From contig OZ218958.1 of the NCBI GenBank assembly GCA_965112735.1, forward strand, positions 1,798,001-1,862,000: DNA of 64,000 nt, read 5' to 3'. This stretch comes from Phaeosaccion multiseriatum. Taxonomy: Eukaryota > Protista > Ochrophyta, other classes. Below are positions 44,594-57,857 of this stretch, piece after piece (the stretch's first letter is position 1; every line of letters begins with the position of its first letter). The notes under the pieces were generated by a model that saw nothing but the letters and a program-made list of their open reading frames with translations, had not been told where the DNA came from and made no database searches. Position numbers and translations under genes: made by a program.

Positions 44594-46311
44594 AAGGGAA
44601 GAGATGCGAACCACTGGCCTTGCCAACACCCACCCCGCCCCACCACCCCACCACCCCACCAAAGCACACTCACACACACACACTCACCTCCAGCCCTGCG
44701 CCCCCCACCCCGGATCCCAACACCATTGCGTAACCGTCGAGAAGCTCTGTGAAGCCCGGGCCAAAGTGCTCAGCGCGAGTGAGCACGAAGCGAGCGTACA
44801 CACGGAGGTAGCGCGAGAAGGGCTCTGTGCGCTCGAAGCTCCATGTGGCTCCTTTGACGGAGCAGATGCGGTCCAAGTCCCAGTACTTCGGAGACAACAC
44901 ACACACACACACACACGCACACACACACACACACATATCGTCCACCACGGTGGTCAGGTGCTGATGCTTAGCGAGGGCCAAGCAAGGCTTTGCTTGCTCA
45001 GATGCTGACGCGTATACGCCCCACCCATGTGTAGGGCAGAGGTGTCGGGGGAAGCCAACTTTCCATCCGGCTTGATGACGCCCTCTCCCTCCCTTCCTTA
45101 CTCCTTCCCTCCCTCCCTTCCTCCACTCACTCACTCACTCACTCACCCTTGTTTTGCGCTTCCCGTCTGTGAGCTCGAGCTGTTTGTGAAGAGTGTCTTT
45201 GAGGTTCTGGGACTGCTCCAGAGAGCCCTCCATCGAGAATTTGTGGAGGAGAAAAAGGGACTTCACCACGGTCCGCCACTCTCTGCGCATAGACACGAAA
45301 AGGAGCACGCAGAGTGGCGGTGAGACAGCGACCCGACACGCACTCCCCCTCCCTTCTCCTTACTGAATCCTCCTCTCCCGCCCCCTCGTACTCAGTAGCA
45401 AAAGGACCACACGACAAGGGCGCTAGCTATACTGTACTCACGTGTCACAGGCCTTCGACCACAGTTTGCCCAGCAAAGCTGTATACACATTGGTCTGAGG
45501 GGCCGGTAGGTCGTACGTCTCAAGCAACAAACGCTCGAGGTGCTTCGGCTTGACTGGGGCGTCGTCTGGTCGAGTGGCCTTCATCACACACCCCTCGAGG
45601 TCGGAGGACAAGGCGCCTTTCGCTTCTCTGTACACTGCAGATGCCTTCCTCCGGTAGTCGTTGACTCTTGACAGCATGCTCAGCGTGCTGTCTTCATCCT
45701 CATCCGTCCACTCGTCCTCCTCCTCCCCTCCACGGGGCCTCGCTGCGCCTCTCCCTCCTGTGAGCGCAAAGCCGAGTAGACGAGGACAGAGACCGGATAA
45801 AGGTGGGGTCAACTAGGGGGCAAAATGCATCGTCTCTCGTCTTCTCATTTCCTTCGCATCCACGCCTTTGAATTCTCGCGTTCGGCCTGAGCGAACCTAC
45901 CTGGAGGAGGCGGGTGAGCTGCTCTCCTGTGAGAGCTTCCATGGGATGTCCTGCTCCTCTTCTTACTACTGCTGCTGCCGCTGCTGCCTCCTCGGTAGCA
46001 TGAGGCCCCTCTCGCTGTGGGGGGGAGGGAGGGAGAAAAAAATGCGGACGGAGGGAGTGAGGGTGGGAATAAAACAAAGGTGGTGTCAAAGCTATTGGGA
46101 GGAGAGAGAGAAGCTGGCGAGGTGGTGGTTCATCATCCCTGATCCATCTCAGCAATCCTTACCCACCTAGGGAGCTCGCCGAGCTCGCCTGGGAGGCTTC
46201 CACACGTGTCGGCTGTTGCACCGCTAATAGAACCACCACCACCTCCAGGAGAAGCAACAGCGGTACCACCGCGCGACAGCCGCCTCCGCCGCCCCCTCCA
46301 CCCCATATCAT
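42670..46311 (-). CDS. ANTH/ENTH-like domain protein with an N-terminal signal peptide and poly-Glu tail
   Basis: Eight exons join in frame by hand. ANTH-like motifs are VMKATRPDDAPVKPKHLERL, WRTVVKSLFLLHKF and FSRYLRVYARFV. The N-terminus has the hydrophobic stretch VVPLLLLLEVVVVLLAV. Confidence 0.75.
43797..44132. repeat. (GAGT)n intronic microsatellite
   Basis: Seen directly. Confidence 0.9.
44483..44593. repeat. (CAA)n intronic microsatellite
   Basis: Seen directly. Confidence 0.9.
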
Positions 46312-46830
46312 GTCAAGCCAGGCGATTAAATAGGCCTCTTCTCTTGCTGGGAGCTTGGATATGTTCGAAAAGAGAAAGGATCGAGAAAGCAATGTGGCCA
46401 GGTGGAGTCCTACGGGTATCAGTTTCAGTTTCAGGTTCATGTTCTTGGGTTCCTTCTCCCCCCCTTCCGCTTATGACACCATGATAAAACGCCTAGGGGA
46501 TAATTAGAAGGGAAGGAGAGGAGCAGCAGTAGACCAGCAGCAGTAGGGCAGCAGAAGGTTTAAAGGGTTTTTGCAACCCGGATTCCATTCGGGTTGATGT
46601 TGGATGGGCAGCTTCTGAAGTCCCACCTATAGAGCCTTCGTGGCGAGAGCGAGGAGGGCGGGAAGCGCCGGTGTGAGCCGGTGTGTTGCCTGTGCTCCAG
46701 CAGCGAAGCCTCCGGCGTCAGCCATGGGGATCCGCAGAGGAGGAGCCAAGTGAAATAGTTGTGTACGGGACATAATCTGAAGGAACCCCTCCCATCGGGG
46801 AGGGTAGTCCTCAAGCCTAACTCAGCCAAC

Positions 46831-49215
46831 ATGAGGGGAGGCAGCAGCGGTGAGGGTTGCGGTCGGATCACGGCCGCCCCAGTTGGCTACCGCAAGGAGA
46901 GCGATGACGAAGGCAGCAGCACTACCACTGCGGCTTCGGAGGAGCACCCTCAAGAGGATGAACACAGAAGCGGCAGGAGCAGCAGCAGCAGCTACCCAGC
47001 GGGGTCTTACCCTCCTGTAGGCTCGGAGTCGGAGGGCGATGCAGTTGTCGGTATCCTCCAGCACATGCAGCTGTCGGCGCCAACGCAGGAGTCCCTTTGC
47101 TGTGCCCCCAGCGCTGCCTCCTCCTCGGCGACCGATGCGTGCTCGGCCTCCGCTTCGACCAAATGCGAGCTATCCGTGGACTATCCCGTCAGTGGCCCGG
47201 AGGCAGCAGCGGTTCTGCATAGGGCGGCGACCGGAGAGTCCCTCGATAATGTCGGAGGAGCGGACCTAGCAGCAGCAGAAGCAGCAGCAGAAGCAGCAGT
47301 GGGAGGAACAGGAGTAGCACCACCACCACCACCAGGACCAGGACCAGGACCAGCAGCAGCAGGAGGAGGAGGAGGAGAAGGAGGAGGAAGAGGAGGGGAA
47401 GGAGAAGGGGAGCTCAAGGTGGAGAGCTCGCCCATGAGTTTTGGATGGATTGAGGCAACCCTGAAGCAGCAGCAGCAGCACAGGATGGAGGTAGTAGAGG
47501 GGAGGGACAGCGAGTGCGAGGACTTTGGCTGGTTCACCTCAATGGAGCCGGAATCCAGCGGGAGACGCTCCTTCAGCACGTGGGGCAGCGCTGCCCTTGA
47601 CTTGGGCGATATCTTGGAAGGCGGAGGAGGGACAGAAGGGGGAAGGGCAGGAGCAGGAGAAGGAGGGATAGTGCATACAGAGAGTGAGAAATTCTCCGAA
47701 CAACACGAGATGGAGACGATGAATAGCGGGTTTGGAGGACAGGAAGACGGTGACGGCAGGACGAGGGTGCTGCAGTACGTGAATCACGAGGGACAGTTCA
47801 TTGTTGCCACAAGGACCTTTCCATCCGAGATGTGTGCACGATGGGAGCGGCCGCAGGATGAGGAGGGGGAGGAGGAAGAGGAAGAGGAAGAGGAGGAGGG
47901 GAAGGAAACGGAGGAGCTAGGGAAGGGCGATGAGGAGGAAGGGGGGGGGGTGGAGCAGGAGGCAGAGGAAACAGAGGAGCCAGGGGAGAGAGGAGGACGA
48001 GACGAGCGCAACGATAGTGGTGGTGGCAAGCGGGGGAGGGGGAGAAAGAGGGAGAGAAGGACAAACATGGACAACGCCCGCCAAGCTCCATCACCCACGC
48101 ATATCAGCGATAGGCACACCCCATGCGCCTGTGCCGTGTCGGTGAGTGAAGCAAGTACAGACCTGACCTACCGTATCCTCTTGTGTGTGCATTGTTGTTT
48201 GTGTGGGGTATAGTGTGGCTGTGCCCCCCCCCCCCTGTGTCTTACGCTATGCCCTCTCTCTCTATCGTTCTCTCACTCTCTCTCTCACTCTCTCTCTCTC
48301 TCTCTCTCTCTCTGTGTTCCTACCAGGCCTTTCGCATCGTGGCCATCCCGGGCCGGAGTCAGCATGTGGAGTACCAAGCGGTCCTCACGCTGGGCACCAC
48401 TGTGCTCTCTTCTTGGAAGCGATTCAGCGACTTCGCCAACCTCAGGAGGAGCTTCGGCGGGTGAGTGAGTGAGTGAGTGAGGGAAGGAGGGTGGGAGTGT
48501 GTGAGTGAGTTACGTGTTTGATCTCTTTCTCTGATCCCATTCGATTCATCCATGCTCTCCCCGCTCTCTGTTTTAGTGTATATATATTTCCAAAGATAAC
48601 CATTCATTTACGTTTTTGATGCGCTGAATCACCACCACACACAGACGGCTTCCTGCGAGTGCGGCTGCCTGGGCCAACGTGCTGCGGTCACAGAGCCTTG
48701 CGTGGAGGAGATGGCAGGAGGAGACGGAGAAGAAGGAACAGCGGCGCCAGCGGCACGAAGGGAGGGGTCGAGGTCGAGGGGTAGAGAGAGGGGCGGGGAG
48801 AGAGGAGGGTGATAGTGCCAGCGGCATTGGGAGGGGGGCTGGGGCTCGTAGTCTGGACATGGTGTCCCGCCGGGGGAGGACGACGCGGGGCGGTGGTGGT
48901 AGTGGGACCGCTCTACCAACCATCTGCGGTGCAGCGGGTGGTGGTGGCGGTGCAGGTGGCCTCGGCAGTTCCATCGGAAGCAATGGAAGTAGTGGAAGCA
49001 GAAGCAGTCTTGCGGGGGGCAGGAAGAAGAGGAGCGGCCTGCTTCGAAACATTAGCGGCAGCGACACTACGGATGATGGCAGCGACTTGGAGGACTTACG
49101 CCGAGGGAAGACATCGTCACTGAGCATGTTTCTGGGCCAAGTCTTGTTTGAGATTTCCACGCCCGATACGCTGGTGGGTTTCGTCTTGGCGGGGAGTGAG
49201 TCCTCTCCCTCATGA
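46831..49215 (+). CDS. Hypothetical protein with a C-terminal PX-like domain
   Basis: Exons 46831-48141, 48327-48460 and 48645-49215 join in frame. VSAFRIV...HVEYQAVL...SWKRFSDFANL and the terminal LSMFLGQVLF resemble PX strands and helices. Confidence 0.65.
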
Positions 49216-49713
49216 CGGACGGCTTGTCGTACAATTGATTACTACCATTAGATGTGATTTATTCTTGTGGAAGAAGCTTAGAGTGTGTGGGGAAAGAAGC
49301 TAGAGGTACGGTATGTGAGAAGAGGTTCCGGAGGTGGAGTGGGGTGTGTTGGGGAGGGGTTGGGTTGTAGAGATAGACTTTCGAGATTTTAACAGGGGTC
49401 GTTGCATTCGGGTGAAGTACAAAGGTGGGCGAGTATTTGAAATTCAAATAGCAGGAGGGGGGAGAGGAGGTGTGTGTGTGTGTGCAAAGATCAAAACGAA
49501 TTATGAGTGGAGCGGGGGGTTACTAGTATTTGAGAGCAGAGATGACAAAAGGCAACAGAACCAGGTTGAACCTGCTTCTTGATCACACGGCATCTTGATT
49601 AGCAAAAAATGAAAAGCGAGCGAATGTATTTTATATTTATTTAACGTGTGTGTTGCGTACCGTGCAAACTCTTACGCTGTACGATACAGAGATGTATACA
49701 AACATATCCGGCT

Positions 49714-50840
49714 CTACCGGGTATAGATTTTGAAGCCTTTAGGGTTTAACTTGGAGAAGAGCGGCTCCTCGTCGTCGTCGTCGGCGGCGGCGGCGGCCGT
49801 GCCTTCCCCTCCCTCTTCTTGCCCCCTACCACTACCGCCGCTGCCACTTGTCCCTACCCCCTCCCCCACCTCCTGCACCAGTGCGACTTTGCTGCTCTGG
49901 CCTTCTGCCTTCTGTTTGTTAGCGAGGGCCTCCTTCTCCTTGTTGAGCTCTTGCTTGGCCTTGAAGTAGGCTGCGTCGGCCTGCCGCCTCTTGCTGCGCT
50001 CGATCGCCTCCTGCTTGCGTGCTTCTTTTTCCAGCCTTAGGCTGATGAGGGGGAGGGAAGGAGGGAGGGAAGGAGGGAGGAAGGGTGGCGAGAGAAAGAG
50101 GGAGAGGGAGTGGAGTACAGCATGGAAAGGTCCTTGTTACGAAATTGGGTAGCTGCTCGGATAGTCAATGCTCGCCCTCTGTACACAATTCTGTGTTCGC
50201 AGTCCTACTAAATTCGTAGGCCCAGATCCAAACAATGAGTGCATGTGCCTATTCAGCACGAGACCGATGTGCCTGTTTCGGTCGTCCTTGTGCGCTTTCG
50301 GCTTTGCAGGGTCGTCTTCAGTGCCCGGTTCTGAGGGTATGTGTGTGCATCCTACCTCTCTTGTAGTGACTGCACCATTGAGTCGCCGTTGTCATCTCCA
50401 TTGATATCAGCCCGCTCATTCCATCGAGCGTTCTCCTCAACCACGAGCACCTGCACAAAGGGGAGAGAGAGAGAGGAAGAGGAAGAGAGAGAGAGAGAGA
50501 GAGAGAGAGCATAGAGAGAGACGGAGGAAGAGAGAGAGAGAGAGAGAGAGAGCCTGAGGATTCGGTCCACTCCCAGTTCTCCCCCCCCCCCCCCCCTTCC
50601 AACACAATCGTAGGCTCCTCCTCGTCTCTCTCCTGCCTCCCTGGAGCTCACCTGCACCATCTTCTTCAGCAGTGAGTTGTAGTTCACATTCCCCTCGATT
50701 TCGTCCAAAATTCCTCTCTTCTCTACCTCCTGTCGCAGCTGGAAGGTCGTGAGCTTGTGTACGCTGTCCACTGTCAGCAAGGAAGAGTAATCCTCTGGTG
50801 GTGAATGTGCTATGGGTTCTGTGGAGGGAAGGGGAGACAT
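49714..50840 (-). CDS. Small hypothetical protein with an HeH (SAP/LEM)-like N-terminus and coiled coil
   Basis: Three exons join in frame, giving VHKLTTFQLRQEVEKRG...LLKKMVQ-VL...RKQEAIERSKRRQADAAYF...KIYTR*. Confidence 0.7.
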
Positions 50841-51272
50841 GTTTTGCCTCCTCTCCTCTATCATTCAGTGTGTAGCAACAAGTGTTCTCGTCCTCTTTCT
50901 TCTTTGGCTGCACGCTCTTTCCTTGGCAAAGTCGTCGCCAAATACAGAGCCAACCGTTTGGAGCACCAACCGTCGAGCTTCCCCCTCGGGCGTCCAAACT
51001 GCTTTGAACTGATCATCTGCTGGCGAATTGTTGTGTCCTGTCCCTATCCCCTCCCTGATTTCATGCAGAGCTAGTCACGGTAGTAGAGGGGTCGCTTGGT
51101 CCATATACAGTCACGGCAGTAGAGGGGTGGCTTGGTCCATATACAGGTTATCCGAAGCCAACTGAGACCGAAGCACCACACCTTCGCCTCCTCGACCATC
51201 TCTCCCTCTCTCTCTCACCCTCCCTTCGGTTGTTATAATAGACGGTAGTCTTTTCTCCTCCTCGTTGTCAAT

Positions 51273-54241
51273 ATGTCTAAGTTCGACAAGTTCGTGATGG
51301 TGGATCCCCTGGGGGACGAGGAGGCTTCCATGCAAGAGGCTGTGACCAAGGAGGTGGACAAGCGAATGGGCAAGGCAGTGGAGGAGATTGGAGAGCGGTA
51401 TTCAGAGGTACGTGCAGGAGAAGGATGTGTGTGGAGGGCACCGCTAGTCGTTGGTTGGACCCGCAGCCGTTTCAGGCCTTCGAACGACGAAAGGGGACAG
51501 GTTTCGCTCGTGGTCCGGTGATCACGTCGGAACAAGGGGGGGGGGGGTGAGAGTTGGTGATATCGCAATATGGTAATGATTCCGGAATGGGGATGGTTCA
51601 GGGACCAGCTGTGCTCGGTCGGCTGTCTGAAGCGTGGAGCAATAGCGTCTCCCTCCATGACGGATGAGCACAGCCTGTATGACGGATGAGCACAGCCTGT
51701 ATGGCGGATGAGCAAAGCCTGTATCAGGGAGAGAGAGCAGGGCCGTTCTGACGCTCAGAGCGAAGCCTCGGGGGTGGGAAGTGCGAAAAGCGCCTCTATA
51801 AGAGGGAGAGGGATAGAGGGTGAAGGAGAGGATGGAGCTGAGGAGGCAAGACGTGAAACGGAGGGAACCTCTCTCTTCTCTCTCTCCCGCTCTCCATCTC
51901 CCCCCACCCCCCCCTCTCTCTCCCTTCGAATTAAGGCAACCACTGGTTTCCTGGTGGATGTGGGCGATGTACACAAAGCCAAAGAACAGCATTTCCAAGT
52001 GGATGGACTTGCGTATCTCCTGCTAGACTTGTTGTGGCACACTTCCGCACTTTCCTCTTTCTCATGCTCAGCCCCACCCTCTTCCACCCCCGCGTGCATC
52101 ACACGCCCCCGGACCACAGGGCCGAGGAGGGTTTGATGCAGGCAACGACTCTGCCCCCACTGGAGCAGCCTATCAGCAGGCGTTTCAGCAGAGGAAAGAG
52201 CGTGAGAAGGCCGCCAAGGAGGCGCAACGAGGGGCTGAGATGCAGGCACAGGTAACTCAGTTGTCAGTTATCAGTTGTCAGTTTCGGTGTATTGCGCCCT
52301 GACCAATGCATCGAGAACCGAGATGCGATGCGCTTTCAGCACGGGAGGAGAGGGGAGGGGAGGGGAGGAGAGAGGAGGGGAGGGGAAGCTCTGTTGGATC
52401 CTACCTTTCCCACCCACCCACCCACACACACACACACACACCCAGCCAGCCAGTGGAAAGCCTCTCCGCTTTCACAAGGATTGGATTGCTTCTCCCACAC
52501 ATTCACCTCGTTCCCGTGTTGTGGTGCAGTGACGCCCACTCACGCGCTCACTCACGTACACTCATTCACGTATGCACTCACTCACTCCGTCCTAGGCCGA
52601 TGAAGAAGAGCTGGAGCGGCAGATGCTCAACGCCAAGCTCCAGAACCAAGGCGGGGGGGAGGAAAGTGACGACGACGATGACGACAAGTATCTTGACGGG
52701 CTAGGTGAGTGAGTGAGCCGAGCCTGGTCAGGGATCAGGGGTCCGGGGTCAGAGAGCATCAGAGAGCATTACCCTCCATGCTCTGCCCCCCAGCAGAGCA
52801 GTCTGTACCGTTCTCAACTCGTTCCTCCTACCCTCCCCCCACCCCCCCTTCCCTGGTTTCATGGCCCGTCTTTCTGCCACTCGCCCCCCCCCCGCCCCTC
52901 CATGCTTGTCCACAGATGACGACCCCGCCCTTGCCGCTCTGAGAGAGAAGCGTTTGAAGACTCTGCAAGCGGCGCACATTGAGAGGAATGAGAACCTCGC
53001 CAAGGGGCACGGGCAGTATAGAGAGGTCGGCCAGGTCAGTCAGTCGGTGGGGAGGAAGAAGAGCAGGAGGGACACACAATCGCTCAAACACACGCATGTA
53101 CGCACACATTCTCAATAGCGTGAATGTGGTGCCCCCCCCCTCGCCTCGTCGTCTTGCTCATCTATCCACCCCTCCTCCTCCTACTCCTACTCCTACTCCT
53201 CCTCCTACTCCTCCTTCTTCTTCTCCTCCTCCTCCTCCTCCTCCTCCACCTCCTCCTCCTCCTCCTCCTCCTCCTCCTCCTTCTCCTCCTCCTCCCTTAC
53301 CTCCTCGTTGCGCTCCAGGACGACTTCCTGGCGGAGGTATGCGGCAGTAAGCACGCAGTGTGCCACTTCTACCACTCCGACTTTGAGCGGTGTAAGATTA
53401 TGGATCACCACATCGCTAAGCTTGCCCCGCAGCACATTGAGTGCAAGTTTGTGAAGATTAACGCTGCCAAAGCGCCCTTCTTCGTAGAGAAGCTCAAGGT
53501 GAGGGGTGGGGGAGGGAGAGAGATACACTCACAGAGAGGGAGGAAGAGAGAGAGGAGAGAGGGAGAGGGAGAGAGAGAGGCAGAGACAGAGGAAGAGAGA
53601 GGGGGAGGGAGGGAGGGAGGGAGGGAGGGAGGGAGGGAAGAGGGAGATTTGCGTGTGTTCAGGAGAGAGAATGTGTGTGTGTTCGCTTGGGAGAGAGTTT
53701 GTGAAAGCACAAGGAAGTGAATGTGGGGCGCATGCCGCCCACCAGCCATTCTATTTCACTCATCCATCCACTCCTCAGGTCAAGACTCTCCCGTGCGTGC
53801 TCATCTTCGAGGACGGCATCACCAACGATCGCATCGATGGCTTCGATGGACTGGCAGATGAGCAGGAGGAGGGCAAGGAGGACGAGTGGGAGACAGGTGA
53901 TAGGGAGGGAGGGAGGGAGGGAGGGAGGGAGGGAGGGAGGGAGGGAGGGAGGGAGGGTGGAGTCTGCCTGCCTGCCTGTCTGCCCGCCTGCCTGTCTGCC
54001 TGCCTGTCTGCCTGCTCATATGCCTGCTCATCTGCCTGCCTGCCTGCCTGCCTGCCCTTCCTGCTCTTACGCCCTTATGCTCGTGTCCATCCATCCAGGG
54101 AGGCTGGCACGAAGACTGGCTCTGGCCCAGGCCATCCAATTCACCGCAGAGGATCAGATGAAGGACCGCAGGCAACACATGATCCAGGCCTCCATCCGCG
54201 AGGGTATTAGCAGCTTGGACAGTGACGACGACGAGTACTGA
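51273..54241 (+). CDS. TXNDC9: Phosducin-like thioredoxin-domain protein (TXNDC9/PhLP3 family)
   Basis: Multi-exon. Motifs include LREKRLKTL...GHGQYREV, VCHFYHSDFERCKIMDHHIAKLAPQHIECKFVKINAAKAPFFVEKL and LPCVLIFEDG...DRIDGFDGL. Confidence 0.88.
51659..51724. repeat. 22-bp tandem repeat x3 (GACGGATGAGCACAGCCTGTAT) in an intron
   Basis: Seen directly. Confidence 0.85.
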
Positions 54242-54660
54242 TGAGTCAGTCAGAGTGTCAATCAATTAGTTAATTTGTTTATTCGACAAATATTGAATTA
54301 AAACCTGATTGGATTATTGGGTGATTGGGTGACTGATTGTATGTATGTAGTATGCCTCCCCCGAAAAAGAAAGAAGAAAAAGAGAATTCGCGCTACTCCA
54401 CCCCCCCCCCCCCCCCGGCTGGCTGTCTTGACAAGCGCAAGGAGGCTTGGAGAGTGTTGTGTAACGACAAACAGGAGAGAGAAACGGAACGAAGGAAAGA
54501 AACTCTTTATTGAACATTTGTTTTGTACAGGCAGTCAAGCAGACGCCAGCGAAGCTCTGTGCGACGCCCCCCGCTTGTGTATATCGAGGTTCCCTCTTCT
54601 TCATGCCGAGGTGTCAGCGCTCGCCCTCCCTCCCTTCCTTCCTTCCTTCCTTATGGAGAC

Positions 54661-55602
54661 TTATGCCGAGGCAAGGGGAGAGGCCTCATCCCCGCCCACA
54701 GCAGACTTGGCGCGGGTGTGGCGCAACTCAGAAGATGTACGTGCAGGTGTGTTACTAGTCATAGCACCATCCTTATCGCCCCCCCTCCCCAGCCCGAGGG
54801 CGGCCGCCTCTGTTGCACTCGTGGCCAGGCCCCCGAGACTCGCCTCCCGGGCATCGGCCGCCTGCTCCTGCTGCAAACCGAAGATCTCCTCCTGTTCCGC
54901 TTCCTCCTTCTCTTTCTGGTCCCTCTCCCATTGCTCCTGCTCAAGCGCGTCAACAACGTACTGGAACCTGCTGTCCGTTAGCCCTAGAAACCTGGTGGGT
55001 GCAATGGAGAGGGCAGGGGGGGGGGGGGAACAGAGGGAATAATTAGGCTCGTGGAAATTGGTGTTTTGCATCATCGTCATCATCATCATCATCATCATAA
55101 TCATAATCATCATTATCTCATCATCACCATCAATATCATCATCGCAATACAAAACAAAGGGCACAGGGGACGGTAGCGGTAGACAGACGGCAAAGGGAGG
55201 AACGAAGGCGAGGTCGTGACTAGTGCAGCCAGTTTCTCACCTGGCCACCACCTCCCCGACCACTTCCCCTCCTTCTACCGCCTTGGCCCCGTAAAAGTGC
55301 ACATTATGTGCAAGCTTGGTCCACATCGACACCGCGGGTGCCCCTCCCTGCTCGCCCGCACTTCTGTCCGTTGCCTCCTCCCCGTGCGGCCCGTCCTCCC
55401 AATAATAGGGCTCCTGTGGCCCTTGATCCGCATCATCGTCTTCGATCGGGTCAATATTGGGCTTCGGAATGACCAGGCGCTCTCGCTTTGGCCGGGGAGC
55501 TACAGGGGGGACCTCGCTGTACATTGCCAAGGGCTCGGGCGGAGGCGGCGCTTCGACCTCCTCCCCATTGATACTCACGTCCCGCAGCTCTACGCCTGCC
55601 AT
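54661..55602 (-). CDS. FAM177-family protein
   Basis: Exons 55602-55241 and 54991-54661. The junction gives GEVVARFLGLTDSRFQYVVD followed by an acidic coil, matching the FAM177 motif GExxAxxLGITxxKYQYxID. Confidence 0.75.
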
Positions 55603-56116
55603 ATCTTCTGCCCACCTCTGTATAACTCTTCCTTGTGCAGGCAGTCTTCAGGGCGGCAGTCCTTCTATAGACCTTCCACCACTCGTATCCTCGTCTTCTT
55701 TCCAATCAACAGGGGGAAGTTATGGAAACATAAAAGTAATTTCTCACCCCTCCCCCCGCCCCCTGGGGTCCGTGTCCCTCCGAGAAATGGTAAATGAGTG
55801 CCAGTCTCCTGGCCCGTTTCCTATACACCCCGATGAAACGCACGCCTCTTACGACTCCTCTTCTCTCTCGGTTGTACAACGCGGGAGCCCAAGGGGGAGG
55901 CCAAAGAAAGAGCGGAGGTGGCATCGAGAAAGGAAGTTAGGGGAGAGCGGGGAGAGCGTAGGAAGGGCGGTGCCCACAACAAGCCCAGGCGCTTCAAGTG
56001 CTTCGAGGCGAGTGCTGTGTTTTGAAGCGAGGAGACAAGAGATCGACACGGAGACTTTTATTTATTTCTTGTGAGGGCAGCGCGGCTCCGCAAAGGACGG
56101 GGGGGACGGGGGTGGG

Positions 56117-57812
56117 ATGGCTTGTGCAGCTCGGCAGCGCCACCCCTCTCCTCTCTCCTCTGCCATTGCCACACCCCCTGCTGCAGCCATGGTGGCGTCG
56201 GCGACAATCCCGCTCGTTCGGACAAGCAGCGGTAGGAGCGCATGTAGCAACAGCATTGAAAGCAGTAGAAGCAGCAGCAGGAACAGCACCAGTAGTAGTA
56301 GTAGCAGCAACAGCAGCAGCGGGCCATCGGAAGGGGCCGCTGTGGGCGCCGGCGCAGCAACGACAAAGAGAAGAATCAGTCTGCGGAGTGGGGGGGCTAC
56401 CCTGGTTGCTGGGCGTGATGGCCGTCGTGTCGGCGGACACTCGAGGTCGTCTACCCAGCAACGGGAGCAGGAGCAGCGGCAGCAGCGGCAACTCTGCATT
56501 GGGAGCGACCAAGGCGTGGGCAAGTGGGACAAGGCCGAGGTGTTAGGAAGAGGGGCGTTCGGGACAGTGTACAAGGGCATCATTCGGAAATCGGGAGAAG
56601 TCATTGCGGTGAAGCAAATACACACGGATGGCATGGGTACCACGGAGCTGCGGGGCCTGGAGAATGAGATTCGCATGATCAGGCAACTACAACACCCCAA
56701 TGTAGTGAGGTATGTGGGCGTGGAGTATGCTGCCCTGTGCCTCAACATCTTTCTGGAGTTCGTGGACGGGGGCAGTCTGCGCAAGCTCCTGCAAGAGGAA
56801 GGTCCCATGGCTGAGCCGCTGGTGGCGTCCAATGTGCGGCAAATCCTCCAAGGGCTCATGTATCTCCACAGTAAGGGCATCACGCACAGAGACATTAAGG
56901 TGAACAGCATTTTATCTATCTGGCCATTGTCATTGGGGTGAGGTGGTGTTGGTGTTGGTGGTGGTGGTGGTGGTGGTGGTGGTGGTGGTGTGATGGTGGT
57001 GGTGGTGTGATGATGGTGGTGGTGTTGTTGGTGGTGGTGGTGGTGGTGGTGTTGGTGGTAGTGGTGGTGGTGGTGGTGTGATGGTGGTGGTGGTGGTGGT
57101 GGTAGTGGTGGTGGTGGTGGTGGAGGAGGAGGAGGAGGAGGAGGAGGAGGAGGAGGAGGAGGAGGAGGAGGAGGAGGAGGAGGAGGAGGAGGAGGAGGAG
57201 GAGGAGGAGGAGGAGGAGGAGGAGGAGGAGAAGGGTGAGGACGGATAGACAGAGGGGGGTGCTGTGGGTGTGGGCGGGAGAGGAGAGGAGTGTGACTTCC
57301 GTCTGTCCCCTTCCGGACTGAGCCCCCCTCCACTCCACTCCACTCCACTCCACTCCACAGGGCGCCAACGTGCTGGTCAGCAAGCAGGCCGGCGGGGTGC
57401 TCAAGCTGGCAGACTTCGGAGCCTCCAAGCGCATGGGCCACGAAAGTGTGGCCAGCGGACTAAAGGGTACCCCGCACTGGATGGCACCCGAAGTCATCCG
57501 AGGACAGCAAAACTCCGATTGGTTCAAAGCCGATGTATGGAGCGTCGGATGTACGGCCGTCGAGATGCTGACCGCGCAGATGCCGTGGCCGACTTGCCCC
57601 GAGCCCATGGCGGCCATGTACCGCATTGCCAAAGGAGAGCAACCCCCTCTGGACGGCGTGGCGGTGAGGGAGGAGACCAAGGCCTTCGTACTGGCATGTT
57701 GCGAGCTCAAACCCTCCGAGAGATGGACCGTCCGGAGGCTGTTGGAGCACCCCTTTTTGAATCTCATGCACCACCACCACCACCACCGCCGCCGCTCATC
57801 ATCACCATCGTT

Positions 57813-57857
<45 letters not shown>

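Noticed and set aside
42697-44733. Numerous ORFs of poly-L, S, R, C, N, T and (THSL)n
   Set aside because: They are shadows of microsatellites or of the antisense poly-Glu exon.
45700-46155. Alternative-frame peptide ALTGEQLTRLLQ as a GYF-like domain
   Set aside because: Splice phases place this exon in a different frame of the ANTH gene.
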